Origin: an uncultured Clostridia bacterium
GTDB taxonomy: Bacteria; Bacillota; Clostridia; Oscillospirales; Ruminococcaceae
NCBI GenBank assembly: GCA_947624555.1
Contig: CANQKW010000006.1
Location: forward strand, 4,206-68,205
Reading direction: 5' to 3'
DNA length: 64,000 bases
Part shown: positions 15,778-25,445 of the stretch, piece by piece
How positions within the stretch are numbered: position 1 is the first letter of the stretch
Layout: each line of letters opens with the position of its first letter
The notes under the pieces: model-generated
What the model was told of the DNA's origin: nothing
What the model saw: the letters and a program-made list of their open reading frames with translations, nothing else
Database searches by the model: none
Program-made: the position numbers and the translations under genes

Positions 15778-17955
15778 TTACTGCTTTCCCGTTCTGTCTG
15801 CCGAAATAACGCCCGGTATCTTACGCAGCCTCAGAATAACATTTCCCAACTGCTCTACGCCCGCTATTTCGATAGTAATGAAAAGATTGGTATTTCCGTT
15901 CTTCAATCGATGCATATTCATCTCGTGGAGAGGTATATGGTTCGCTGCTATTGCCGTCGTTATCTCCGCAATTACCGAAGAATTTTGCTCTGCGATAATG
16001 TCAATAGTCGCACGGTAGCTTGAATTGTCCGTTCCTGCCCACGACGCTTTTATCCAGCGGTCCTGATTTTCCTCGCTGTCCATATTGTTGATTACATTTA
16101 CGCAGTCCTGCTTGTGTATCGACACCCCGAAACCCCTTGTAACAAACCCGATTATCGGGTCGCCCGGCAAGGGATTGCAGCACTGTGCAAATTTCACGAG
16201 GCAATTATCCACGCCCTCTATGACAACGCCTTTTCTGCGGCTTCTCTCGTTGGTCTGCTCGATATTCTCGTCGCTCGTCATAGGAACAAAGCTCGTTGCC
16301 GCCTGCGCTCTTGCCTGACTGTCCTTTATACGCTGGATAATCTTCGCCGCAGCAACTCCGCCGTAGCCCACCGCCGCATAAAGGTCGTCTACCGAATCAA
16401 AATGCGCCCTTGCGGCTGCGTCTTTCATAATATCCTCTTCAAGAGGAATTGAATTTCGCTTAAACTCGTGCTCCAGCTCTTCTCTGCCCCGTGCGATATT
16501 TTCGTCCCTGCGCTCCTTTTTGAACCACGAACGGATTTTAGCCTTTGCCTCGGTGGTTTTGGCAATATTCATCCAGTTGCGGTTAGGTCCGTAATTCGGA
16601 GAGCCGCTTGTGAAAATCTCCACAATATCTCCCGTTTTGAGCTGATAATCAAACGTTACCATTCTGCCGCCGACCTTTGCGCCGGTCATTTTGTTTCCTA
16701 CCTGAGAATGTACCGCATAAGCGAAATCTATTACATTTGCGCCCAGCGGAAGAGTGTAAATATCTCCCTTCGGCGAGAAAACGAAAACCTCGTCCTGCGA
16801 CAAATCGTTCTTGATAGCCTCGGTTATCTGTTCAACATCGTCGGACTCCTGCTGACGCTCCAAAAGCTGTCTTATCCAGTCAAAACGCTTTTCTCCTGCG
16901 ACATTTCCTTTAAGTCCTGCCTTATATTTCCAGTGAGCAGCGATACCGTACTGCGCCGTATTATGCATTTCCACGGTCCTTATCTGCACCTCAAAAGGAA
17001 TGCCCTCCTTGCCTATGACCGTTGTGTGGAGCGACTGATAACGGTTAGGCTTTGGCGTTGCGATATAATCCTTAAACCTATACGGAAGAGGGTTAAAAAG
17101 GTCGTGTATAACGCCCAAGACATTATAGCACTCGATAACGGTCTGTACTATCACTCTTACCGCATAAATATCGTAAATCTCGTCAAACTGCTTGTTTTTG
17201 AGGTACATTTTCTTGTAAATGCTGTACACGGATTTTACCCGTCCCTCTATAATGGGCGGTGGGTCAATATCGCTGATACGCTCTCTTATGCGTGCGATTA
17301 TTTTGCCTACAAACGAGTCACGCTCTTCCTTGTGCAGATCAAGCAGGCGTTCTACCTCTGCTGCGCCGTACGGGTCAAGGTATCGGATAGCTATTGTTTC
17401 CATTTCGTCCTTAATATCGCTCATACCCAAACGGTGAGCGATAGGCGCATAGAAATTCATAGTTTCCAACGAGGTTTTGAGCTGTTTTTCGACAGGGCGT
17501 GCGTAAAGCGTCCTCATATTGTGCAGTCTGTCCGCAAGCTTTATGATGATTACCCGTATATCCTTGCTCATTGCCATAAGGATTTTGCGGATATTTTCTG
17601 CGTGCTGTTCTTCTTTGGAGTTGAGCGGTACTTTGCCTATTTTGGTCACGCCGTCCACCATAAGCGCAACGTCGTCGCCGAACTTTCTGCGTATCTCTTC
17701 AAGGTCGACATTCGTATCCTCGACTACGTCGTGGAGCAGAGCTGCACAGATAGTATCGGTATCCATATAGTAATCCATAAGTATCATGGCGACCGAAAGC
17801 GGATGCGTGATATATTTCTCTCCCGAAGAGCGCATTTGTCCCTCGTGAGCTTTATCTGCAAGCTCATAGGCACGGCGTATCTTATCGGCGTCATATTGCT
17901 TGTCCGCCGCAACTATCCGCTCCATTAAATCATCAATTGTAACAACATTATCCAT
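15778..17955 (-). CDS. relA: bifunctional (p)ppGpp synthetase/hydrolase
   Basis: HD hydrolase motif (HPLSVA...LLHDVVEDT), synthetase motif (YRFKDYIATPKPNRYQSLHTTV), and TGS and ACT-like C-terminal regions. The start is ATG 17955 or the listed upstream start at 17973. Confidence 0.92.
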   Translation of the reverse strand: MDNVVTIDDLMERIVAADKQYDADKIRRAYELADKAHEGQMRSSGEKYITHPLSVAMILMDYYMDTDTICAALLHDVVEDTNVDLEEIRRKFGDDVALMVDGVTKIGKVPLNSKEEQHAENIRKILMAMSKDIRVIIIKLADRLHNMRTLYARPVEKQLKTSLETMNFYAPIAHRLGMSDIKDEMETIAIRYLDPYGAAEVERLLDLHKEERDSFVGKIIARIRERISDIDPPPIIEGRVKSVYSIYKKMYLKNKQFDEIYDIYAVRVIVQTVIECYNVLGVIHDLFNPLPYRFKDYIATPKPNRYQSLHTTVIGKEGIPFEVQIRTVEMHNTAQYGIAAHWKYKAGLKGNVAGEKRFDWIRQLLERQQESDDVEQITEAIKNDLSQDEVFVFSPKGDIYTLPLGANVIDFAYAVHSQVGNKMTGAKVGGRMVTFDYQLKTGDIVEIFTSGSPNYGPNRNWMNIAKTTEAKAKIRSWFKKERRDENIARGREELEHEFKRNSIPLEEDIMKDAAARAHFDSVDDLYAAVGYGGVAAAKIIQRIKDSQARAQAATSFVPMTSDENIEQTNERSRRKGVVIEGVDNCLVKFAQCCNPLPGDPIIGFVTRGFGVSIHKQDCVNVINNMDSEENQDRWIKASWAGTDNSSYRATIDIIAEQNSSVIAEITTAIAANHIPLHEMNMHRLKNGNTNLFITIEIAGVEQLGNVILRLRKIPGVISADRTGKQ

Positions 17956-17978
17956 AACAGCACTTCCACACAAGAGTT

Positions 17979-19982
17979 TTATCGGCTCATAAGCTCTGCC
18001 AACAAGCCTTGCCCGAACAGATCCCGCTTGCCCGTGACAGGCAGCGGCTTTGCGTACCCGTTGGCGTATTTTATTATATCAGCCTCTGCAAAAGCGTCCG
18101 CCGCTATCTTCAGCATACAGTAATTGACTGAGCCGTCAAACACGGCAATCTGCTCCAGCGTAAACCGTCCGTCATATTTTCTTATCAGGTCGTATATTTT
18201 TTTCAATTCCTCCCGGCTCTGCGGAATAATTCTCGAAACAAGCCGCCTGTCAAAGCCCTCTTTTCGCTGAATAGCCTCATATGCCCTTCGTGCGGCGAAA
18301 AACCTGTCCTCGCGAAAGCCCGAAGGTCTGTAATCTATCAGCCTCAGCTGAACGCTTTGTGTGCCGTTGTACTCGTTTATTTCTGCCGCGGCGATAATAT
18401 CTATCCTGTCGCCCGTTTCCGCCGCAAAACCGTTGTACGGTATCTTGAACGAAACGCCTCTGAGTATCGCACCGCCCGATTTTACCTCGAAAGCGATATA
18501 TTTTCCCTCTTTGAGCGAACGCTTACTTTTCAGCTCGCAGTTTTCCAGCATAAAAACAGGCTTTTCGTTGCCTGCGCCGAACGGTTCAAGCCTGTCAAGA
18601 GATTTGACATTCTCTACGGTAAGCTCTTCTCCCAAAACCCTAAGGTCAGCGTAAAGCTCTGCGTCTGGCATAACGGTGTAATTCTGAAGAGTATACTGCT
18701 CGATTTTACGTCTGAGGTCGGGTATTTCGTCCGCCTTCATCGAAAAACCGCCTGCCATAGGGTGACCGCCGAACTTTATCAGATAAGCGGAACAGGCTTT
18801 CAGCAGTCTGTACATCGAAAAACTGCCCACACTTCGGCAGGAACCTCTTCCCTCGCCGTTTTCCACAGAAACCACAATCGTCGGTTTTCCGTATTTTTCG
18901 GCTATTCTGGCACTGACTATCCCGATAACGCCTGCGTGCCAGCCCTCTCCCGACAGGAAGATAACTCGTTTTCCGACGATCGACGGGTCGTTTTCTATCT
19001 GTTTTTCAATATCTTCGGAGATTTTCTGCTCGATCTCCCTGCGTTTTGCGTTAAGCTCAGAAATGACTTCGCAGCACCTTTGCGCCTCGCTTTCTCCCTC
19101 CGAGAGAAACAGCCTTACAGCCTTATCCGCCGAAGAAACTCTTCCTGCAGAATTTATCGCAGGGCAAATTTTAAACGCAATATCAGCAGATGTCACGGTC
19201 TTTGGCGACAAGCCCTGCTTATATATAAGCCCTGCAAGACCGATATTTCCGCCTTTTCTCATTACCTCGATGCCTTTTTTGACGATAAACCTGTTTTCTC
19301 CTTTCAGAGGAACAACATCTCCTATCGTACCTACAGCCGCAAGGTCCGCAAAATTATCGAGTATAAACTCCTTATTCTCTTCAAGTGCGCAAAGCAGCTT
19401 TAAAACCACTCCTGCACCGCACAAATCCTTAAACTGCGACAAATCGTCACGCCTGTTTGGGTCAACGCAAGCCTCGCATACCGGCAGCTCGTCCCCCTGC
19501 TGGTGGTGGTCGGTGACAACGAGCTTTACTCCCCTGTCACGTATATACTCTGCCTCTGATATAGCGTTTATCCCGTTATCCGTGGTGATTATAAGCCCCG
19601 TACCGCCGCCGATTATTTTTTCAAGGGCGGGAATATTCAACCCGAAACCCTCCGAACGGTCGGGTATGTAATAATCGACCTCTGCGCCCAACGATTCAAG
19701 ATAGCTGTACATCATAACCGCCGACGTCACGCCGTCGCAGTCATAATCCCCGTAGACGGTGATTTTCACGCCGTTGTCAAGAGCCTCGTTTATGGTTTTT
19801 ACCGCCTTATACAAGTCGGCAGGCGGTTCGCCCTCGAAAAACTCTCCCTCTCCGAAAAAGCTGTCTGCGTCATCTAACGTCCTTATGCCTCTGGACATCA
19901 GTATATTTCCCAAAATATCTCCATACTCCGTGCAGATTTCGCCGCCGAAACGCTCTCCCGCAGGAACAATCCACTTTTTCAA
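17979..19982 (-). CDS. recJ: single-stranded-DNA-specific exonuclease RecJ
   Basis: DHH family motifs DYDCDGVTS, TDNGI, VVTDHH and GGHPMAGG. TTG start follows AAGGTGGTGAG. Confidence 0.92.
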   Translation of the reverse strand: MKKWIVPAGERFGGEICTEYGDILGNILMSRGIRTLDDADSFFGEGEFFEGEPPADLYKAVKTINEALDNGVKITVYGDYDCDGVTSAVMMYSYLESLGAEVDYYIPDRSEGFGLNIPALEKIIGGGTGLIITTDNGINAISEAEYIRDRGVKLVVTDHHQQGDELPVCEACVDPNRRDDLSQFKDLCGAGVVLKLLCALEENKEFILDNFADLAAVGTIGDVVPLKGENRFIVKKGIEVMRKGGNIGLAGLIYKQGLSPKTVTSADIAFKICPAINSAGRVSSADKAVRLFLSEGESEAQRCCEVISELNAKRREIEQKISEDIEKQIENDPSIVGKRVIFLSGEGWHAGVIGIVSARIAEKYGKPTIVVSVENGEGRGSCRSVGSFSMYRLLKACSAYLIKFGGHPMAGGFSMKADEIPDLRRKIEQYTLQNYTVMPDAELYADLRVLGEELTVENVKSLDRLEPFGAGNEKPVFMLENCELKSKRSLKEGKYIAFEVKSGGAILRGVSFKIPYNGFAAETGDRIDIIAAAEINEYNGTQSVQLRLIDYRPSGFREDRFFAARRAYEAIQRKEGFDRRLVSRIIPQSREELKKIYDLIRKYDGRFTLEQIAVFDGSVNYCMLKIAADAFAEADIIKYANGYAKPLPVTGKRDLFGQGLLAELMSR

Positions 19983-20048
19983 AAACTCACCACCTTGACA
20001 GCGTCGGTGTACAGCAAACTCATCAACTGATTTTGTACACTATAACCA

Positions 20049-21485
20049 TCATACGTTTAATTCTGCTTTTTCGCCCAAAACGTCCTTATTTTCGCTGAGA
20101 ACGGGTTTTATGCACTCTTCGAGAAACTCTTCGACCTGTTCGGGCGCTCTTCCGACATAAAGTTCGGGTTTCAGCACAGCCTCGATCTCTTCCTTTGTAA
20201 TATTAAAAACAGCGTCTGAGGCTATCCTCTCGGCGAGGTCGTTTTCGCCGCCTTCACGCATTTTCTGCGCTGCCGCCTGCGAATGTGTCCTGAGCCTTTC
20301 GTGCAGCTCCTGACGGTTTCCGCCCTTTTCCACCGCTCTCATCATAATATTCTCGGTAGCCATAAACGGCAGTTTAGCCATAAGTCTGCGCTTTATCATC
20401 TCGGGATAGACTTCAAGTCCGTCCGTTACATTCATCATAATATTAAGTATAGCGTCCGTTCCCAGAAACGCCTCTGCCACGGCGACTCTCTTGTTTGCGC
20501 TGTCGTCAAGCGTTCTCTCGAACCATTGTGTTCCTGCGGTAAAAGCAGGGTTAAGCACGTCGATCATCACATATCTCGCAAGCGAGGTAATTCTCTCGGA
20601 ACGCATAGGATTGCGCTTGTAGGGCATCGCCGAAGAGCCTATCTGTTTCTTCTCGAACGGTTCGCCCATTTCCTCAAAGCTCTGGAGAAGTCTTAAATCG
20701 TTGGAAAATTTCGAGCAGGTCTGTGCAATACCCGACAATGCCGACAATACCTGTGCGTCGACTTTTCTTGAATAGGTCTGACCGCTCACGGGAACGCACT
20801 CCTCAAAGCCCATTTCCTCTGCAATCATCTTTTCAAGCTGTTTTATCTTGGCGGAATTTCCGTTGAAAAGCTCCACAAAGGACGCCTGCGTACCTGTTGT
20901 GCCTTTCTGACCCAGAAGTTTCAGATTTTTTATCCTGTAATCGACCTCTTCATAGTCCATTAAAAGCTCGTTTAGCCAAAGCGACGCACGCTTTCCGACG
21001 GTAGTCGGCTGTGCAGGCTGAAGATGCGTATAAGCCATACACGGCATATTTTTATACTTATCCGCAAAATCTGCAAGATTAGCGATGACATTCACCAGTT
21101 TTTTCTTTATAAGGAGCAAAGCGTCACGCATAATGATTATATCGGTATTGTCGCCCACATAGCAGGAAGTAGCCCCCAGATGAATTATGCCTGCGGCTTT
21201 TGGGCATTGTTTTCCGTAAGCGTAAACGTGCGACATCACATCGTGACGCACCTCTTTTTCACGTGCCTCGGCAACATCGTAGTTGATGTCGTCAACGTGA
21301 GCCTCAAGCTCCTTTACCTGTTCTTCGGTGACGGGCAGACCCAATTTCATCTCTCCTCTTGCGAGAGCGACCCAAAGCTTTCTCCAGGTAGTAAACTTCT
21401 TGTCCGCAGAAAAAATAAACTGCATTTCCTTGCTTGCATACCGTGTGCAGAAAGGACTTTCGTAAGAACCGTAATTTCCAGACAT
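20049..21485 (-). CDS. purB: adenylosuccinate lyase
   Basis: A 478-aa fumarate-lyase superfamily protein with the signature GSSAMPYKRNP and a typical PurB N-terminus (YESPFCTRYASKEM). Confidence 0.93.
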   Translation of the reverse strand: MSGNYGSYESPFCTRYASKEMQFIFSADKKFTTWRKLWVALARGEMKLGLPVTEEQVKELEAHVDDINYDVAEAREKEVRHDVMSHVYAYGKQCPKAAGIIHLGATSCYVGDNTDIIIMRDALLLIKKKLVNVIANLADFADKYKNMPCMAYTHLQPAQPTTVGKRASLWLNELLMDYEEVDYRIKNLKLLGQKGTTGTQASFVELFNGNSAKIKQLEKMIAEEMGFEECVPVSGQTYSRKVDAQVLSALSGIAQTCSKFSNDLRLLQSFEEMGEPFEKKQIGSSAMPYKRNPMRSERITSLARYVMIDVLNPAFTAGTQWFERTLDDSANKRVAVAEAFLGTDAILNIMMNVTDGLEVYPEMIKRRLMAKLPFMATENIMMRAVEKGGNRQELHERLRTHSQAAAQKMREGGENDLAERIASDAVFNITKEEIEAVLKPELYVGRAPEQVEEFLEECIKPVLSENKDVLGEKAELNV

Positions 21486-21564
21486 AAAAACACCCCGATT
21501 GATATTTTACAATGGACATAATTTAAATTTTGTCGTATTCGTCGACTATCAATTATCCATTGTT

Positions 21565-21593
21565 ATTATAGCATAATTGCGGTTTCAATACAA
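21565..21593 (-). promoter_or_regulatory. candidate purB promoter
   Basis: Minus strand reads TTGTAT, a 17-nt spacer ending in TGC (extended -10), then TATAAT. Confidence 0.45.
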
Positions 21594-21634
21594 GTGCCTG
21601 ATAAAAAGTTTTCCCTGCCTTTGTAGAACTGCAC

Positions 21635-21660
21635 AAAAAACTCCGCCTTCGCAAGCGGAG
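21635..21660 (-). terminator. rho-independent terminator after cwlD
   Basis: Minus strand reads CTCCGC-TTGCGAAG-GCGGAG followed by T6. Confidence 0.65.
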
Positions 21661-21678
21661 CTTTGTGGGTTTTATCTT

Positions 21679-22425
21679 CTAAAAATCCTCGCTTTCGGCA
21701 AATTCATCGGGTTTTACCCTTATCTCGTCAAGATATTCCATAACTCCGCCGTAAATTGTAAAAGCAACCTTCTGCCGATATTCCTTTGTGGAAAGTTTCT
21801 GCTCTTCTTCGGGATTTGACAAAAATCCGCACTCTATCATAAGCGAGGGATTGGGGTTTGATTTGAGCAGGAAAAGCTCGTTTCCCGACAGCTTGATTTC
21901 ACGGTCATTTCCCGGCTGAAGGTCGGCAAAACGCCTCTGCATTATCTGTGCAAGCGTGCGGTTGTCGGGGTTGTTGTTATTGTAGAACATCTGCGCCCCG
22001 AAATACTGCGGATCGGTGTAGTTGTTCTGGTGGATACACAGGAAAATGCTGTCGGGATATTTTTGGATAATTTCAAGGCGGTTATCCATATCGCTCAGCT
22101 TTTGATTGCGTATACCCTCAACGCCTGCGTCATAGATGGAAATGTCCTCGTCACGAGTAAGGACCACTTCAAACCCCGACATTTCCAGCATATCACGCAA
22201 ATCCAATACCACGTCAAGGTTTACGTCCTTTTCGAGAACGCCGTTTTTGCCCACTGCCCCCGAATCAAGACCGCCGTGCCCTGCGTCAAGGACGATAACG
22301 GGTTTCTCGGAAACGTCCGCAGATGTCGGAAGAGCACGTTCGGTTATCCGTGCGCTTATCGCAAGCAAAGCAAAACAGCCTATCATAGAAAGCGTGAGCT
22401 TTAAAGATTTCTTGTTGATTTTCAT
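21679..22425 (-). CDS. cwlD: N-acetylmuramoyl-L-alanine amidase, CwlD-like (germination-specific)
   Basis: Amidase_3 pattern: a membrane anchor, then VIVLDAGHGGLDSGAVG..., LTRDED..., IHQN..., ECGFLSNPEE. Confidence 0.82.
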   Translation of the reverse strand: MKINKKSLKLTLSMIGCFALLAISARITERALPTSADVSEKPVIVLDAGHGGLDSGAVGKNGVLEKDVNLDVVLDLRDMLEMSGFEVVLTRDEDISIYDAGVEGIRNQKLSDMDNRLEIIQKYPDSIFLCIHQNNYTDPQYFGAQMFYNNNNPDNRTLAQIMQRRFADLQPGNDREIKLSGNELFLLKSNPNPSLMIECGFLSNPEEEQKLSTKEYRQKVAFTIYGGVMEYLDEIRVKPDEFAESEDF

Positions 22426-22518
22426 TGAAATAACTCCTTTTCAGGTGAATTTGTATCATCTTATGACAGCTTTTCCGATTTTAGAACAAGGTTTTTGGGA
22501 GTTTTGAAAATCACCGAC

Positions 22519-22546
22519 AAAAATGCCGAAACCGTAAGGTCTCGGC
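22519..22546 (-). terminator. rho-independent terminator
   Basis: Minus strand reads GCCGAGACC-TTAC-GGTTTCGGC (one mismatch), then ATTTTTG. Confidence 0.55.
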
Positions 22547-22587
22547 AAAGCTGTTTAATTTATGCGATTTCTGCGGACAACATTCAA

Positions 22588-22863
22588 TCACAGCTCCTCG
22601 TCGGGGCTGTCAGCGCTTGTATCTTCAGAGAATACGTTCTCCTTCTCTTCGGGAATAACCGACGACTCCTTTAAAGGTACCTCCTCTGTGTCCTCGTCCT
22701 CGTCAAAGTCGAGATCCCAATCATCATCAAAACCGTCGTCCCAGCCGTCAAAGTAATCCTCTTCGTTTTCCTTTTCCAGTTTCTTCTTTGCAACATAAGC
22801 CGCTGCCGCAACACCGCCTGCCGCAGCAAGCACGCCTACCATAAATATTCCGAATGCTTTCAT
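22588..22863 (-). CDS. small membrane-anchored, extremely acidic protein
   Basis: ATG at 22863 follows CAAGGAGG. It has one TM segment (MKAFGIFMVGVLAAAGGVAAAAYVA) and then a D/E/W/F-rich tail (DYFDGWDDGFDDDWDLDFDEDEDTEE). No family recognised. Confidence 0.6.
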   Translation of the reverse strand: MKAFGIFMVGVLAAAGGVAAAAYVAKKKLEKENEEDYFDGWDDGFDDDWDLDFDEDEDTEEVPLKESSVIPEEKENVFSEDTSADSPDEEL

Positions 22864-23050
22864 TTTCAAACCTCCTTGATTATTCGCTCTTATTATTATA
22901 CACCTTTTTAGAAAATATTGCAAGTACCGATAATTTTTTTGTAGAATATTACAAAAATCTTCTGTTTAATATGTTAAATATAGCATAAAAACGTATCAGA
23001 AACTAATTGCCCCAAAAAATAAATATTTTTAAAAAAACCGAAATACCTAC

Positions 23051-23079
23051 TTGAAAAATTGTACGGTATGTGGTATAAT
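23051..23079 (+). promoter_or_regulatory. sigma-A-type promoter of the SCIFF operon
   Basis: TTGAAA (23051-23056), a 17-nt spacer ending in TGG (extended -10), then TATAAT (23074-23079). Confidence 0.6.
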
Positions 23080-23122
23080 CATATGGTAAGATTATTGAAA
23101 AAACAGAAACGAGGTGTGTTTT

Positions 23123-23266
23123 TTGAGTCACGTAATAACAATTAACAAGGGAAATCTCAAGGCTACCGCCGAAAAGGGCGGCTGCGGCAAGTGCCAGAGC
23201 TCCTGCCAGTCCGCCTGCAAGACCTCCTGCACGGTTGCAAACCAGAAGTGCGAGGCAGAGCGCTAA
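23123..23266 (+). CDS. scfA: SCIFF (six-cysteine-in-forty-five) ranthipeptide precursor
   Basis: Hand-translated; it is not in the ORF track (47 aa, TTG start). GAGGTG lies 6 nt upstream. Product is (M)SHVITINKGNLKATAEKGGCGKCQSSCQSACKTSCTVANQKCEAER. It has six Cys in the canonical GGCG.C...SCQSACKTSCTV.NQ pattern and sits directly upstream of the cognate radical-SAM gene. Confidence 0.88.
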   Translation: MSHVITINKGNLKATAEKGGCGKCQSSCQSACKTSCTVANQKCEAER

Positions 23267-23307
23267 GTTCTTGGTCAACGGCTGACAATTTGATGTCTTA
23301 CGGCAAG

Positions 23308-23341
23308 AACCCACTCGTTTTCTCGGGTGGGTTAAATTTTT
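23308..23341 (+). terminator. hairpin plus T-run between scfA and scfB (probable partial terminator)
   Basis: AACCCACTCG-TTTTCT-CGGGTGGGTT (10 bp, one G-U pair), then AAATTTTT. Confidence 0.5.
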
Positions 23342-23362
23342 AAGTTATAAGGAAAAATAGTT

Positions 23363-24730
23363 ATGATACATAAATTCAGGCAGCTTGGATATAACATTGT
23401 TCTTGATACGGAGAGCAACGCTGTTCACGTAGTGGACGATTGTGCATACGAAATGCTTGACCTCATTTCCGCTCCTATGAATGAGAATATGCCCGAAGTT
23501 TTCATAATGATGCTGAATGATTTCAGCGAGGAGCAGGTGCGGGAAACCTATTCAGAGCTTTATGAGCTGTGGCAGAAAGGTGCGCTGTTTTGCAGCGATG
23601 ACTACAGGCGTTTCTCCGATACAATGGTAAAAAGCCCCGTGAAGAGTATGTGCCTGAATGTCGCACACGACTGCAATCTCCGATGCGGATATTGCTTTGC
23701 TCAAACGGGAGATTTCGGCGGAGAACGCTGCGTTATGTCCCCCGAAACAGGCAAAGCCGCTATAGATTTTCTGATAAAAAGCAGCGAAAACCGTGAAAAT
23801 CTTGAGCTTGACTTTTTCGGCGGAGAGCCGCTTATGGCGTGGGATACCGTTGTCGAAACGGTAAAATACGCCCGTTCGGTCGAAAAACAGCACGGAAAGC
23901 ATTTTCGGTTTACAATAACCACAAACGGCATTCTTCTTGACGATGAAAAAATAAAATTCATCAATTCGGAGATGTCAAACTGCGTGCTGAGCCTTGACGG
24001 CAGACGCGAGGTCAACGATAAAATGCGTCCGACCGTAAACGGCGGCAGCTCTTATGACGTTATAGTGCCGAAATTCCAAAAAGTCGTTGAAGAGCGCAGA
24101 CGTGCAAACAAGGATTATTACGTCCGTGCGACTTTCACGAAAAACAACCTCGATTTCGCAGATGATATTATCCACCTGAGAAGTCTTGGTTTTACACAGC
24201 TTTCGGCAGAGCCTGTCGTCGCCGATGAAAAAGAGCCTTACGCTCTTACAATGGACGATTTGCCGAAGATCTTCAGCGAATATGACAGACTTTGCGAATA
24301 TATGGCTGACGAAAATAATCCTCGTTTTAATTTCTTCCACTTTATGGTAGATATTGACCAGGGTCCCTGCGCAATTAAACGCCTGAGAGGCTGCGGCTGC
24401 GGAAACGATTATGTCGCTGTTGAGCCTCACGGGGATATTTACCCCTGTCACCAGTTCGTCGGAATAGAAAACTGGAAAATGGGAAATGTCGCCGACGGCA
24501 CGCTCAACGAGGATATCAGAAATTACTTTGCTAAAACGCATATTTACAGCAAAAACGGCTGCAGCGGCTGTTGGGCGAAATTTTACTGCTCGGGCGGCTG
24601 TAATGCGAATGCGTTTATCTACGAGGGCGACTGCCGCACTCCGCATATAATCTCCTGCGAAATGCAGAAAAAACGCCTTGAATGTGCGCTTGCTCTCGTT
24701 GTAAATAAGTCTATGAAAGAATATGAATAA
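23363..24730 (+). CDS. scfB: radical SAM/SPASM maturase of SCIFF
   Basis: CNLRCGYC radical-SAM cluster motif and a Cys-rich SPASM C-terminus (CGCGNDY..., CSGCWAKFYCSGGC). Adjacent to scfA. Confidence 0.9.
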   Translation: MIHKFRQLGYNIVLDTESNAVHVVDDCAYEMLDLISAPMNENMPEVFIMMLNDFSEEQVRETYSELYELWQKGALFCSDDYRRFSDTMVKSPVKSMCLNVAHDCNLRCGYCFAQTGDFGGERCVMSPETGKAAIDFLIKSSENRENLELDFFGGEPLMAWDTVVETVKYARSVEKQHGKHFRFTITTNGILLDDEKIKFINSEMSNCVLSLDGRREVNDKMRPTVNGGSSYDVIVPKFQKVVEERRRANKDYYVRATFTKNNLDFADDIIHLRSLGFTQLSAEPVVADEKEPYALTMDDLPKIFSEYDRLCEYMADENNPRFNFFHFMVDIDQGPCAIKRLRGCGCGNDYVAVEPHGDIYPCHQFVGIENWKMGNVADGTLNEDIRNYFAKTHIYSKNGCSGCWAKFYCSGGCNANAFIYEGDCRTPHIISCEMQKKRLECALALVVNKSMKEYE

Positions 24731-25241
24731 AATGCGATTACAAATATTAAAAACTGTCCTGTGCTTAGCGGCGGTTTCACTGATTTTATGCTCCTGCAAT
24801 TCTCCGACAAGCAGCGAAGAGAGCCTGACAAGCGCCGAAAGCTCTGCGGCTGTTTCGGCAAAAACAGCGGAAGATTATGCACAGGCGGCTCTCAATGCGG
24901 TGGAGTTTCCCGAAATGGAAAAGTACGAGGACGCAGAAACAGTAGATGTTATTTTCGACCTCGACGTAAGCAATTATGCGGATTATGCGATATATTCAAA
25001 TCTTATCAGCATATACCTCAACAGAGTTATCGTGGTAAAGCCTGCCGAGGGTCAGCACGACGCTGTTTACGAAGAGCTTAAGGCTTTCTATGACAATATT
25101 ATTGAAAACGGAGCTTTCTATCACGAGCAGGGAGAGGCTGCCGCAGGCGCTCAGATGGGCGAAACTGACGACGGTTTCATATATATAATAGTGCATAAGG
25201 ACGGCAAGACCGCCGCAGACGCTCTTCTCGGTCAGAGCTGA
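24723..25241 (+). CDS. lipoprotein, DUF4358-like
   Basis: Lipobox LILCSC|N. The mature part contains the ...RVIVVKPAEGQHDAVYEELKAFYD... pattern. The ATG overlaps the scfB stop by 8 nt (ATGAATAA). Confidence 0.65.
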   Translation: MNKMRLQILKTVLCLAAVSLILCSCNSPTSSEESLTSAESSAAVSAKTAEDYAQAALNAVEFPEMEKYEDAETVDVIFDLDVSNYADYAIYSNLISIYLNRVIVVKPAEGQHDAVYEELKAFYDNIIENGAFYHEQGEAAAGAQMGETDDGFIYIIVHKDGKTAADALLGQS

Positions 25242-25445
25242 TTTTACCCTGCACTTCGGGTTTTATATGATCATCTTCTGCCCGTGCAGCGAAGTAAAGC
25301 CGTATGCTTTTTCACGATTTCCTTTGTTTTTTTTGATTTTTTTCAAGGTACTTTCACGAATATATCACAATCGGTAAGTATAATAAAGACATCAAAACAA
25401 ATAAATGCCATATAACGGCTTTGCGATTTGAAAGGAAGTCTTTTT

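Noticed and set aside
16468-17928. 486-aa + strand ORF
   Set aside because: It is antisense to relA, which carries unmistakable RelA/SpoT motifs. The ORF has no RBS and a low-complexity, Leu/Arg/Phe-rich translation.
21486-21564. Possible purine riboswitch in the purB leader
   Set aside because: The leader has a long-range stem (ACAATGGA...TCCATTGT) but none of the conserved purine-riboswitch loop or junction sequences I would expect. I treat it as an ordinary structured 5' UTR.
23003-23314. 103-aa minus-strand ORF rich in Ala, Gly and Leu
   Set aside because: It is antisense to the SCIFF precursor and its promoter and has no RBS. Its composition is just the complement of the Cys/Ser/Gln-rich SCIFF codons. 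The + strand reading has far better support.
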